Of a stretch of DNA of 64,000 nt, positions 28,001 through 41,550 are shown piece after piece. The notes beneath the pieces are model-generated. The model did no database searches. It was not told the origin of the DNA and saw only the letters and a program-made list of their open reading frames with translations. The stretch is from positions 45,359,503 to 45,423,502 of the forward strand of contig NC_068982.1 in assembly GCF_001194135.2 (NCBI RefSeq), written 5' to 3'. Position 1 is the first letter of the stretch. Every line of letters begins with the position of its first letter. The DNA is from Octopus bimaculoides (lineage: Eukaryota). The position numbers and the translations under genes were made by a program.

Positions 28001-29310
28001 TGGAAAATGCATAATTATGAAACTATAATACACACCGAAAACACAAAGTTTACACATGCGCACTTAATTTGATTGTTATACATCAAAAATTCAAATTGAA
28101 TGCTGCCAAACAACGTACAGAGTCAGAGTAGTACAGCAGTGATCACATGACCACGTATTCTGATCCGATGTATTCAAATTTTATGGTCATCTTGTATTTC
28201 TGGCTACAATGCTTTTAGAAAACCTTTTTGCATATATGAGTTCCCATAAGCAACTTGTCTTAAAACCCACTGTTATGATCTTCAGAATTATAATAAGTAG
28301 GAAGGTATTGAGAATCAAGTCTTGATGGATACTTACTTGCACTCCAGATTGCTCATGGAATTCATTATCAACCCTCTCTGACTGCATAGCATGGCTAAAA
28401 GTTTGTGGCTGGTGCTCATTCTGACACTGAAGTTGCACCCATTCTGGGGGTTGATGTAGTAGTAACCTTTTTTAATAGGGAACCTCTGTGTTAACTTTGA
28501 GAGTTTTGTTGTAGAACTTGTCCTTTGTATTTTAAGTAGAATTGTGGGTTGGAGAATTAACACTGACAAGGTTCACTGGACCTTTGGCTATGTGAATCCA
28601 AAGTGAAAAATCTGGATGGCCTTCTTGCTAAAAACCTTTTTTGCTACCTCTTTCAACAAGCCAGAATACTGTGTACCTATCCTAAAACCTTAGATACATA
28701 TTCAATTCATTGTTAACCTTTTGATACAAACCAACCAGAGACTGCTCCTGCTTCTATGATACAAACTTTGTTTTAAAGTGAAATGAATTGGATAAGGTAA
28801 ATGTCTCCTAAAATTATATTATATTTACCTTAATTCAACCTTTGCCACCTGTTACATTCTTATTTTCTTATCAAGGTAACAACATCTGTTCTTATTACAT
28901 TTTTATATAAAAATTTAAACCTAATATTTAGATTTTCTATTTATGATTTCATTAAAGTTAGAAAATGGTAAGAGCAATTTCAGTATAAGATTGATGGAGA
29001 AACCTGCAAATCTTCACATGTTCCATGTTAAAGTTCGAGTTATTGAAAGCAACACAAGAGTGACAGAATATAAAACTGATAACACAGCAACTTTTGTCAG
29101 TGTAAAAGAAAGTGATCCCAAATACAAAGTAAGTATTACATAAAAAATATATTCACAAAATAATATTTAATTACTGTTTAAACAAGCATCTCCATTTCAT
29201 CTTTCTTTCCCTTAACCCCATAGTGTTCAGATTATTCTGTTAAATGTAATACTTATTAATTCATATTGTTTCAAACTAATCAAACATTATCTTGTCACTT
29301 TGAGATTTTG

Positions 29311-29351
<41 letters not shown>

Positions 29352-32300
29352 TTAATGTTCATTGTCCATGCTGGCATGGGTTGGACGGTTTCACCAGGGC
29401 TGATAAGCTGATTGCTGCGCCAGACTCCAGTCTGATTCGGCATGGTTTCTATGGCTGGATGCCCTTCCTAATACCAACCTGTCCAAGAGTGTAATGGGTG
29501 CTTTTGCATGCCACCAGCACAGATGCCAGTTGTGTGACACCAGCACAGATGCCAGTTGTGTGACACCAGCACAGATGCCAGTGGCATGATGCCAGCATCT
29601 GTCACAACTACTATTACATTTGGCTCGATGGGTCTTCTCAAGCACAGCATATTGCCAAAGGTCTCAGATGGAAAATATGAGAGAGAGAGAGAAAGAGAGA
29701 GAGAGAGGAGAGGGAGAGAGAGGTGAAGAGGGGATGGGAGATAAGGTGCTAAAGATGTGTCAAGATCCTATTTCACATGACTACATATTCTGATCCTATG
29801 TATTCATATTTCATTATTGCCCACAAGGGGCTAAACATAGAGGGGACAAACAAGGACAGACAAAGGGATTAAGTCGATTACATCGACCCCAGTGCGTAAC
29901 TGGTACTTAATTTATCGACCCCGAAAGGATGAAAGGCAAAGTCGACCTCGGCGGAATTTGAACTCAGAACGTAGCGGTAGACGAAATACTGCTAAGCATT
30001 TCGCTCGGCGTGCTAATGTTTCTGCCAGCTCGCCGCCTTGATCCTATGTATTCAGATCTGAGAGTTTTGTTGTAGAACTATTTAAGCACTGATTTGTAAG
30101 TAAATTTCTATTTTTAGGAGTTACAAGATGCCAATGAAAACAAATATTTTGAAGATTTATTAAGCAATCAAGAAAATGGGAATGTTTCAATTGCATTAAC
30201 TCTAAGCGAAAAAGAAGTTTTAACAGTAAGTAAATATTTTCAACTGATGATTAATTGATGATTATTTTCTTTTAGAAAATTGTTGTTGCTACCATGTAGT
30301 TCTGGTGTGACCTGGTCAATCCCTGATAAAGCGAATCTAATGTTTCAGTAGGAAAACTTATTTAAGAATTCTATTGCAATAACAAGTTACCTTTTACTTG
30401 ATTCAGTCCTTTGACTGTGACCATGCTGGAGCACCACCTTTAGTCGTGCAAATCAACCCCAGGACTTATTCTTTGGAAGCCTAGTATTTATTCTATCGGT
30501 CTCTTTTGCCGAACCGCTAAGTTACGGGGACGTAAACACATCAGCATCGGTTGTCAAGCAATGTTGGGGGACAAACATACACATGCACATACATATATAT
30601 ATATATACATACATACGACGGGCTTCTTTCAGTTTCTGTCTACCAAATCCACTCACAAGACTTTGGTCGGCCCCAGGCTATAGTAGAAGACACTTACCCA
30701 AGGTGCCACGCAGTGGGACTGAACCCGGAACCATGTGGTTCGTAAGCAAGCTACTTACCACACAGCCACTCCTACGCCTATATTTAAAGTTTGTTACTTG
30801 TTCTGTTGGTCTCTTTTGCTGAACTGCTGAGTTATGAGGATGTAAACAAACCAACACCACATGTCAAGTGCTTTGGGCTGACATACACAAACTCAAAGAC
30901 ACACACACATACATATATACCTACATAAATACATACATATTATATATAGGTAGTTAGGGTAAATTCCAGCTGTTTCCTCTTGAAGCTCATCTGCTTCTTC
31001 TATTATTACAATACAATATGTGGTCACAGATGCTGCAGTATGTTTGTCAAAATACATATTACATATTGAAATTCTTTCTTCTGTCTGAAGAATTCTTCAT
31101 AGGAAACTTATTACATGTCTATCTAACATGTAAAAGTTTGTAATTCCTATTAGCAAATGAAACATGTGTAATGCAGAATAAATAATTGCAAAAAATTCCA
31201 CTTTTCTGTTTTGTTATAAATAATACATGCTTGTGCGTGCGCACACGCGCGCGCATTCTGTCCCTCACAAAGCATTGCTTGTTCTACTATAAGTGGAAAA
31301 CACTTGCCCAAGGTCTGTTCAGTCTTAGCTGATTTGGTTGTAAGCGAAGCAACAGTTTTGCAATAACAATTTTACTATATTTGTTAAGCTGCTTTGTCAA
31401 ATATCTTTGAACATTATAATGTTACTGAAGTCGTGGAGGCATAATGGCACAGTGGTTAGGGCAGCGGACTCGCGGTCATAGGATCGCAGTTTCGATTCCC
31501 AGACCAGGCGTTATGAGTGTTTATTGAGCAAAAACACCTAAAAGCTCCACGAGGCTCCGGCAGGGGATGGTGGCGAACCCTGCTGTACTCTTTCACCACA
31601 ACTTTCTCTCACTCTTACTTCCTGTTTTTGTTGTGCCTGTAATTCAAAGGGTCAGCCTTGTCACACCGTGTCACACTGAATATCCCCGAGAACTACGTTA
31701 AGGGTACACATGTCTGTGGAGTGCTCAGCTACTTGCATGTTAATTTCATGAGCAGGCTGTTCCGTTGATCGGATCGACTGGAACCCTCGTCATCGTAAGC
31801 GACGGAGTGCCAACAACAGCAACAGTTACTGAAGTGTTATTAACAATCACCTATTAGTAACACAGTTAAGAAATGTCCTTCCATTTAAGTTTATTTGTAG
31901 ATATTTTCTTTTTTTTAAATAAACAGTACTTTTTCAGTTAAAAAATTCCTTTGCTGACTTAGAAATTTATCTCTAATTTCATATTTTGTACAGGCTGGAA
32001 TGAAAGTGAGAATCACTGCACAACCAACAGATACATCTGTGAGGACGCTTTATTATATGGTAAGAAAAATACTAAAACTTTATTTTTTTATACTTTATTC
32101 TTATATTAGTTTCAGTCATCAGTCTGAGACCATGCTGGGGCACAAACTTTTAGGGTATTAGTCACTCCCAATTGTTATCAGTAAAATTTTCTTTTTCTTT
32201 AAAATATACTGCTGCAGAGATTTTTGTTTCTGAAATCCTTCAATGAAACAATCCATCTATCTAATATTTCAAATTAATTAATTAACAAGTTAGATATTTT

Positions 32301-35300
32301 ATTCTAATCTTTGGCTGAACTAGAATTCTATGCAGATAATTCTACAGCACATTAAATACGTTTCTATTCTTTTTTCTGCAATATTTTAATGGTATATGCT
32401 AGAATTTGACAAGGAATTCTATTTTTTGTCTTTGATAGGATGATGGAACACATAGCTTTAGCTTATGTTGTTATATGCTTCTATTTTTATGTGTTGAAAC
32501 AAACAAGTTTAGTTTATGTTGATAAATGGTTCATCCTTTTGTATTGAAGCTCATGGGTTTGGTTTAATTTAATTTATATACACCTTGTCTTGCATGTCGA
32601 AGCACACAAGCTTGGTTTTTCTTCTTCCTCCTCTGTCTTGCCATTTTCTATGCTGGCATGAATTGGATGGTTTGACAGGATTCTGCAAGGTGTAAGGATG
32701 TGTTGAGCTCTAATGCCAGCTTTGGTATGGTTCCTTTGGTTGGATTTCTTTCCGAATGCCAACCACTCTACAGGTACAAGTGAGGTTACCAAATTAACTT
32801 GCTAGGCAATAAAAGAAAGGAATGAGAAGAAAGGGGAACAAAAGCAAAAAAAAAGGGGAAAGGAAAAGAAGGGAAAAACCTCCTTGAGAGAGCGAAGGGC
32901 AATGATTCTATGCAAGATGTTGAGAGACTAGAGTATGGTAGAAGAACAAGCACAGATGGCTTGTCATTGAGATACAAATATTTTTTCCATATCAGCCATC
33001 ACTGAAGAGCATGTGATGTTACTCAACTATTTTGATATATAATATCTGGTTAGCTTATATCCAGTGCAAAACTGGTTGTTAAGATCAGTTGAAATAGATC
33101 TGTTATACTTCATACTTTGACTCACACTCCACCTTATGTGCTGAAGCATGCAGGTTTGGTTTATGTTAATATATACTTCAGTCCTTGTATGTTGAAATAC
33201 ACAAATTTTCTTTCAACTCTTATCTATTTGTAAGTTGTGTTGACAATGATGGTGTTTATAATAATGATGACCATATTATTTATAGCCTTCAAACAACATG
33301 GTAATTACTCTCTTGCTTCCTTCTTTAGAATCTTTATACAGTTAAAACCTATTGTTTTTTTTTTGGTACTTTAATCACCTGCTGCCATGAAAATATGTTG
33401 CCAAAAAATGGAAAACCCAAAAGTCTGTCTCAGACATGTAGTGTTTCTGCAGAATTATACATGATAATCTCTGTCTGTTCAGAAATGCGGCAGATAAAAA
33501 CCTAGTTTTAGTCAGGCTTTGATCAATTTATATCAGTCAACAGCATTTAATAGGGTAAAGCAGAAATATCTCCTTGTTGTACTTGTAATGTTAAGATATA
33601 TATATGTGTGTGTAAGTGCAGGTTTATGTATGTTTGTGTTTTGTCTTGATAGTCATAAATGAATGTTACTGTCATACAATTGGCATCATTCATTTCCAAT
33701 ATTCAGTCCAGTCTATGTAAGCATGGAAACCTGGATATTAATATGACAACGATGACGACAATGACAACAGCAGTGGTGTTGACAGTGATGATAATGATGA
33801 TGATAGCATCAAACTGCTTAAATATCATCTGTTTTCTGGAAAAAGAAAATCTCTTGTAAAGATGGAGCATGTGTTTTTTAATATTTTTATGAAGAACTTT
33901 TGTGGGAAAAAGATCCATTGGTTACCATCAAATGTAGTCACAGAATGCTAAGTCCAAATTTGTGTAGGCATGATACGAGGCTAAGATGTCTGCAGAAATC
34001 TCTATGCAGTGGGAAGTTTTGGAAATCAATGGAGAGGGAAAGACGCCCTTTTAACATCGAGAGTTGTTGTTGTTGTTGTTGTTGCTAATGTTGAGTAACT
34101 CTAGGGCATTCCTGATTGAATAGATGTGATAAAACTAATTTAAAAAAAAAAATTAGGCTGACCTTTGGTGTATGCTGTGCTTGAGAAGACCTGTCAAGCT
34201 AAGTGACATCACAGTCATGGCCGGTGCTAGTGTTGCGTCACTGGCATGTAAAAAGCACCCTGGAACATTGGGCAATATACTGTGCTTGGGAAGACCCATC
34301 AAACCATGTGAAATCATAGTCATGGCTGATGCCAGTGTTGTGTAACTGGCACCTGTGCCAGTGGTGAGTAAAAAGTATCATTCAACTGTTAGGTCTCACA
34401 GAGGCAGTGACAAGTGACTGAGATCTTTGGCGTTATATTGTGCTTGAGAAGATCTGTCAATGCAAGTGAGATCATAGTCATGGCCGATGCCAGTGCTGCA
34501 TAACTGGTACCCATGCTAGTGGCATGTAAAAAGCACCCACTACGCTCTTGGAGTGGTTGGTATTAGGAAGGGCATCCAGCTAAAGAATCCATGCCAAATG
34601 AGATTGGTGCAGCTCCCTAGCTTACCAGTTTTCAGTCAAACTGTCCAACCCATGCCAGCATAGAAAGCGGACGTTAAATGATGATGACGATGATGATGAT
34701 GAGTTTATCTAGAATTACATCATTCAATGTGTCGTTTTTTAAAAATAAAGTTAGCAGCATATGATTTGAAGGAGATTTCACTGCCATTTCTAGCAAATTG
34801 AATGACTATGTAAAAGCTTCCTTGTTGCCTTGAGTTTTTTCATCGACTGGGATTCCCTTGCTGGCCAGGTGGCATTTATATAAGAGTATGCGCAAGTATA
34901 TGCATGTGTCTATATTTATGCATATGTGCATATGAGGACTGACAATTTAATTATTTCTGCATGCATATAGCATCAAATATCTTGCAGAATTATAAACTAA
35001 CCTCTGTTATTTATTTTTAATTTTTGCAGATTATTTCTAAAGGGAAAATTTTGCTATTGGATAAAAAATCAAGCGGTCAGAAAGTTTGGAACTTTGAGGT
35101 GAACATCATAAGACACATGATCCCTACAGCCAAATTTTTAGTCTATTATTTTCAGAACGAAAGGATAATTACAGCATCTATAAACCTTAATGTATATGAC
35201 ATTTGTCCATATAAGGTAAAACTCACATGGCTTTAACTCCTTTGACCCCACTCTTTTTTTTAACTATACATCCTTTTGAGTATTTGTATACACTTGCATT

Positions 35301-37635
35301 TACACTGACATGTATATATAATTACTGTCTAATTATAGAAGGCATATATATGTATACACACACACACGTACACACACATATACATGCATGCATGTACACA
35401 ATCACATACATACAGAGTGGACCTCTGAATAGTTTTCATGTAGAAAATTCCATTCACAAGATATTAGTCTACTCTGTGGTTATAGTAGAAGACATTTACT
35501 CAATGTACCATTTCCGACAATATATATATATTAAGTTTATGTATCTCTCTAGACTTAAGAGCTATATGTTTAGATATTTAAGTTCACTCAAACTTACCCT
35601 TCAAATTGAGATGGTAAATAACCCAAGATGTGTATATTATGCACTCCATCTAAAATAATTTTTTACCCCAAAATGGGATGATATTTAAGTAGTTCAGCTC
35701 CCACTCTCTAAGTAACTGTTTCTGCTTTAATTCTTGTTAATTCTCATTCTATTTCTCTCCCTCTCTTCCCCTCTCTCTCTCTCCCTTTCTCCGGTTGGGT
35801 AACCATGGACCTTCTCTACAGCAAGACATCTGTTTCTGCCTCTCTGTCACAATTCTAATTTTTCATCATCTGACAAAATATCACCTCCTCCAATGTACCC
35901 AGCCCTCTCAAAGACTCTTTGTCATGCAAAGTCACTTAGTGACCCCACCAGAGCTGGTGCCACTTAAAAAACACCCAGTCCACACTGTAAAGTGGTTGAC
36001 ATTTGGAAGGGCATTCAGCTGTAAAAACTACACCAAAACTGACCTCATCTGTGTGAGTTCCATGTAGAGAGCAAGTTGATACGAGTTTCCAAATATATTG
36101 TTTGATAATGTCAGATATAATCATTTTTACATTAATTTATCTTTTTCACATCCACTCATTCCATGCTAGTATGTGTTGGACACGACTTCTTAGGGCTAAA
36201 TTCAATAGCAGAATGCCCCTTTTGATGGTATATTCCATTCTTGATGACATCCCTTAATTGCTTTTTCATTAGCGTGGGCATGGCTGTGTGGTAAGTAGCT
36301 TGCTTACCAACCACATGGTTCCAGGTTCAGTCCCACTACGTGGCATCTTGGGCAAGTGTCTTCTACTATAGCCTTGGACCAACCAAAGCCTTGTGAGTGG
36401 ATTTGGTAGACGGAATCTGAAAGAAGCCCGTCGTATATATGTATATATATATGTGTGTGTGTGTGTGTTTGTGTGTCTATGTTTGTCCCTATAGCATTGC
36501 TTGACAACCAATGCTGGTGTGTTTCTGTCCTCGTAACTTAGCGGTTCGGCAAAAGAGATCGATAGAATAAGTACTAGGCTTACAAAGACTAAGTCCCAGG
36601 GTGAATTTGCTTGACTAAAGGTGGTGCTCCAGCATGGTCACAATCAAATGACTGAAACAAGTAAAAGAGTAAAAGAGTACCATATTTGATGGTATATATG
36701 GTGCAATTTTTCCTTCCCCAAAAATGACTTTAAAACATCATTCTGGGTCCCATATGTGAAGTAGGGTCTCCCATAAGCTTTAATGCTCTCATGACATTTT
36801 TTTTTCATGAATATGCACTATTGAAATTGGTGGGGCAGGTGCTTTATTTTGCTGGTCATCATACTTTGAAGGGGGACACAAGCAAACATCATTGTCAAGC
36901 TGTGTCAATATGAAGACACGTAGAGATAAACATGCAGAGATAACTGGGAGAGACAATAATGGCAGAATGTGATGAGAGTGATATTTATTACAGAGTTGAA
37001 TAATGGAAGAAAAATGCTAATGGCAGTTGATATCTTTTGCTGGCAAGAGAGGAAGTGTGCATGATGAATTATTGTAGAAATGATTGGTGGTAAGAGTGAG
37101 TAATGGATGGTCGCTGCCACCACCACCACCACCATCACCACTACCATCACTACCACCACCACCACCATCACCACCATCACCACTACCATCACTACCACCA
37201 CCACCATCACCACCACTACCATCACTACCACCATCACTACCACCACCACCATCATCATCACCACCANNNNNNNNNNNNNNNNNNNNNNNNNNNNNNNNNN
37301 NNNNNNNNNNNNNNNNNNNNNNNNNNNNNNNNNNNNNNNNNNNNNNNNNNNNNNNNNNNNNNNNNNNNNNNNNNNNNNNNNNNNNNNNNNNNNNNNNNNN
37401 NNNNNNNNNNNNNNNNNNNNNNNNNNNNNNNNNNNNNNNNNNNNNNNNNNNNNNNNNNNNNNNNNNNNNNNNNNNNNNNNNNNNNNNNNNNNNNNNNNNN
37501 NNNNNNNNNNNNNNNNNNNNNNNNNNNNNNNNNNNNNNNNNNNNNNTGCTTGAATAACAGTGATGCTACTTTACATATGTTGTCAGGACATCATATGTTG
37601 TCAGGACATGGGTATAAACTCACACACACACACAT

Positions 37636-37669
<34 letters not shown>

Positions 37670-39626
37670 TTGCACACACATTCATATATGCACACACATA
37701 CACAAACACATATGCACACACATACACAAACACACACACACACACATTCACATATACACACACACACACACACAAACACACACATGACGAACTTCTTTCA
37801 GTTTTCGTCTACCAAATTTACTTACAAGGTTTTGATCATCCTGGAAATATAATAGAAGACGCATGCCCAAGGTGCCATGAGGTGGGATTGAACCTAAGAC
37901 AACATGGTTGAGAAACAAGCTTTCCATTCACTCATCCATGAAGAAATGAAGAGCGATAGTAAATGGCCTGTGAGAGAGGGATGGTGGTTAGAAGTAGGGA
38001 AAAAGTAATGGTTACCAGCAGGGCTGGATTAAGACTCATAGAAGCTCTAAGCACTTAAAAATAATCTTAAACTGGAAGCATCCAAATTAGTCTTGCAGAA
38101 CTCACTTCATGGTGATGTAAGAAAAGGGAAATGTCGTCACATTTACATCAACAACTTCATTGCAGATACTGGCCTGGAATATATCCAGGACCTTGAGGTA
38201 GTGATAATAAACAGAGAAGTGTGGTGGATGGGCAGTTGCTGCAGCACAAGTTGGAACCCAGCGATAATAAATATAACTTACTAATTAATGTATTATATAG
38301 TTCATTCAACTGGCTATAACTCTTCTTTTACAAATTTGTACTTATGTACCAAATTTGTATATTATTTAAAATTATTTTTTTAGATGCTAATAGTATTTTA
38401 AGTGCAAGAATTATTTTATTTACTCACTCCTTAGTAGTCATTTAAAAATTTTCAGCATTTAGAAAATGAAAAGGTCATCTATGTAATTTTCAAAAATCTT
38501 TGCTATCACATTCTTCAATGGCTGTAGTGAAAAAAATAGTTGGAAAGAAATCCATTTCTCTTCAAAAAAAAAAAAAAAGAAAGAATATGTTCTTTGAGTT
38601 GCTACTTTTTGGTATATATGTGTTTGCATATTTTTATATGTATATTATTTGTATAAAATTACTGAAGTTATATTTATTGTTGGTCTTGTAAAAGACTGAA
38701 CGACACTTCTACACATACACAACACACACACAGATACTCTCTTTCTCTTCCCCCTCTCTCCCTCCACACATACACACACACTCTCTCTCTCTCTCTCTCT
38801 CCCTCAGTTATTTGTACCTCTTATGTCTGCATGTTTCATTATTGTTCAACATGTTTACGCGTCTCTTACAGTTTACATGCAGAAGTAAAGTACTCAGATC
38901 ACTCCTGTTGGGTGGCGGGTGTGGGAAGTGGTAAGAGAGAGAGAGGGAAAGGAAGGAGTGAGAGACAGATAGAGAGAGAGATTGATAAGCAGAGAAAGAG
39001 AGAAAGAGAGTAGTTGTGTAGGGATGAGTTTACGGAAGAGAAGAAAGGCATGTGAAAGAAGCAGAAGTATCTTGGAAGAAGATGAGAGAAAGAGTCAGGT
39101 AAATAAATAAATGGACAAATGAAAATATAGACAAATGAGTGGCTGTGTTATTTCTTTACTGCCCACAAGGGGCTACACACAGAAGGGACAAACAAGGACA
39201 GACAAACGGATTAAGTCGATTATAGCGACTCCAGTGCGTAACTGGTACTTATTTAATCGACCCCGAAAGGTTGAAAGGCAAAGTCGACCTCAGCGAAATT
39301 TGAACTCAGAACGTAGCGGCAGACGAAATACCGCTAAGCATTTCGCCCGGCGTGCTAACGTTTCTGCCAGCTCGCCGCCTATGAGTGGCTGTGTGGTAAA
39401 TAGCTTGCTTACCAACCACATGGTTCCGAGTTCATTCTCATTNNNNNNNNNNNNNNNNNNNNNNNNNNNNNNNNNNNNNNNNNNNNNNNNNNNNNNNNNN
39501 NNNNNNNNNNNNNNNNNNNNNNNNNNNNNNNNNNNNNNNNNNNNNNNNNNNNNNNNNNNNNNNNNNNNNNNNNNNNNNNNNNNNNNNNNNNNNNNNNNNN
39601 NNNNNNNNNNNNNNNNNNNNNNNNNN

Positions 39627-39659
<33 letters not shown>

Positions 39660-40417
39660 TTGTGTTTGTGTGTCTGTGTTTGTTCCCCCAACATCGCTTG
39701 ACAACCGATGCTGGTGTGTTTACGTCCCCGTAACTTAGCGGTTCGGTGAAAGAGACCAATAAAATAAGTACTAGGCTTCCAAAGTATAAGTCCTGGGTCG
39801 ATTTGCTCAACTAAAGGCAGTGCTCCAGCATGGCCGCAGTCAAATGACTGAAACAAGTAAAAGTAAAAGAGAAAAGAGAAATATAAATAAACATACAAGT
39901 GAATTTTTTTTTACTACAGGCATGGTGATGATGGTGGTGGTGGTGGTGATGCTTTGACATTAGGGAGAGGGGGTTAGTCAGCACTTCAGTGCTCTTTTAT
40001 CAACCCAGAAAGGATGAAAGGCAAAGTTGTCCTCATTGGCATTTGAACTCAGAATGTAAAGACTCCACAGAAATATCACTAAGCATTTTGTCGCATATGC
40101 TAATGAGTCTGTCAGCTTGATGGGAAGGCAGATAGGTAAATCAGTACAATATGAGAGGGTGCTGAGAAGTTCCTTGCTTTAAGGGTGTCACGAAAGGCTT
40201 GGTTGGAGGACCAACCTTCTGAGTTCTTTTACAGGGCTTAGGAAAACTGAAGGTCCACTGCAACAAGTGTGTGAATCTGAGAGGGGAATATGTTGAATAA
40301 AAAACATAATTAGATGAAGCTCTTGTATTTTTTTTTACCCAAACCCAGGAACATTTCAACACCCTCTCATGAGTATGTGTACATATATATATATTATGTG
40401 TGTACATATATATATTA

Positions 40418-40474
<57 letters not shown>

Positions 40475-41495
40475 GAGTTAGNNNNNNNNNNNNNNNNNNN
40501 NNNNNNNNNNNNNNNNNNNNNNNNNNNNNNNNNNNNNNNNNNNNNNNNNNNNNNNNNNNNNNNNNNNNNNNNNNNNNNNNNNNNNNNNNNNNNNNNNNNN
40601 NNNNNNNNNNNNNNNNNNNNNNNNNNNNNNNNNNNNNNNNNNNNNNNNNNNNNNNNNNNNNNNNNNNNNNNNNNNNNNNNNNNNNNNNNNNNNNNNNNNN
40701 NNNNNNNNNNNNNNNNNNNNNNNNNNNNNNNNNNNNNNNNNNNNNNNNNNNNNNNNNNNNNNNNNNNNNNNNNNNNNNNNNNNNNNNNNNNNNNNNNNNN
40801 NNNNNNNNNNNNNNNNNNNNNNNNNNNNNNNNNNNNNNNNNNNNNNNNNNNNNNNNNNNNNNNNNNNNNNNNNNNNNNNNNNNNNNNNNNNNNNNNNNNN
40901 NNNNNNNNNNNNNNNNNNNNNNNNNNNNNNNNNNNNNNNNNNNNNNNNNNNNNNNNNNNNNNNNNNNNNNNNNNNNNNNNNNNNNNNNNNNNNNNNNNNN
41001 NNNNNNNNNNNNNNNNNNNNNNNNNNNNNNNNNNNNNNNNNNNNNNNNNNNNNNNNNNNNNNNNNNNNNNNNNNNNNNNNNNNNNNNNNNNNNNNNNNNN
41101 NNNNNNNNNNNNNNNNNNNNNNNNNNNNNNNNNNNNNNNNNNNNNNNNNNNNNNNNNNNNNNNNNNNNNNNNNNNNNNNNNNNNNNNNNNNNNNNNNNNN
41201 NNNNNNNNNNNNNNNNNNNNNNNNNNNNNNNNNNNNNNNNNNNNNNNNNNNNNNNNNNNNNNNNNNNNNNNNNNNNNNNNNNNNNNNNNNNNNNNNNNNN
41301 NNNNNNNNNNNNNNNNNNNNNNNNNNNNNNNNNNNNNNNNNNNNNNNNNNNNNNNNNATACCCCACATTAGTTCTGCAGGAATATAAATAAAACATAAAA
41401 AACAGACAGTGTTGGAACTCTTTTAAGCAAAATAATATATTCCTCTATACACAATCATACAAAAAAATCCACCTTTGTTTGTATTTATTTTTACT

Positions 41496-41550
<55 letters not shown>

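Noticed and set aside
29513-29585. 26-bp unit repeated about three times, superficially CRISPR-like
   Set aside because: No unique spacers; it is an internal subrepeat of the family C element in eukaryotic DNA.
31433-31510. tRNA-like sequence (also heads of families A and B)
   Set aside because: A/B boxes are present but run directly into SINE bodies with TSDs; I could not build a complete cloverleaf with an acceptor stem.
36905-37852. Long poly-Thr, poly-His, poly-Pro and poly-Val ORFs
   Set aside because: They are translations of a CAC/CAT microsatellite, an N gap and CA repeats, open in several frames on both strands, with no splice support.
40356-41396. ORFs of 296-346 aa
   Set aside because: Almost entirely X residues from the N gap.
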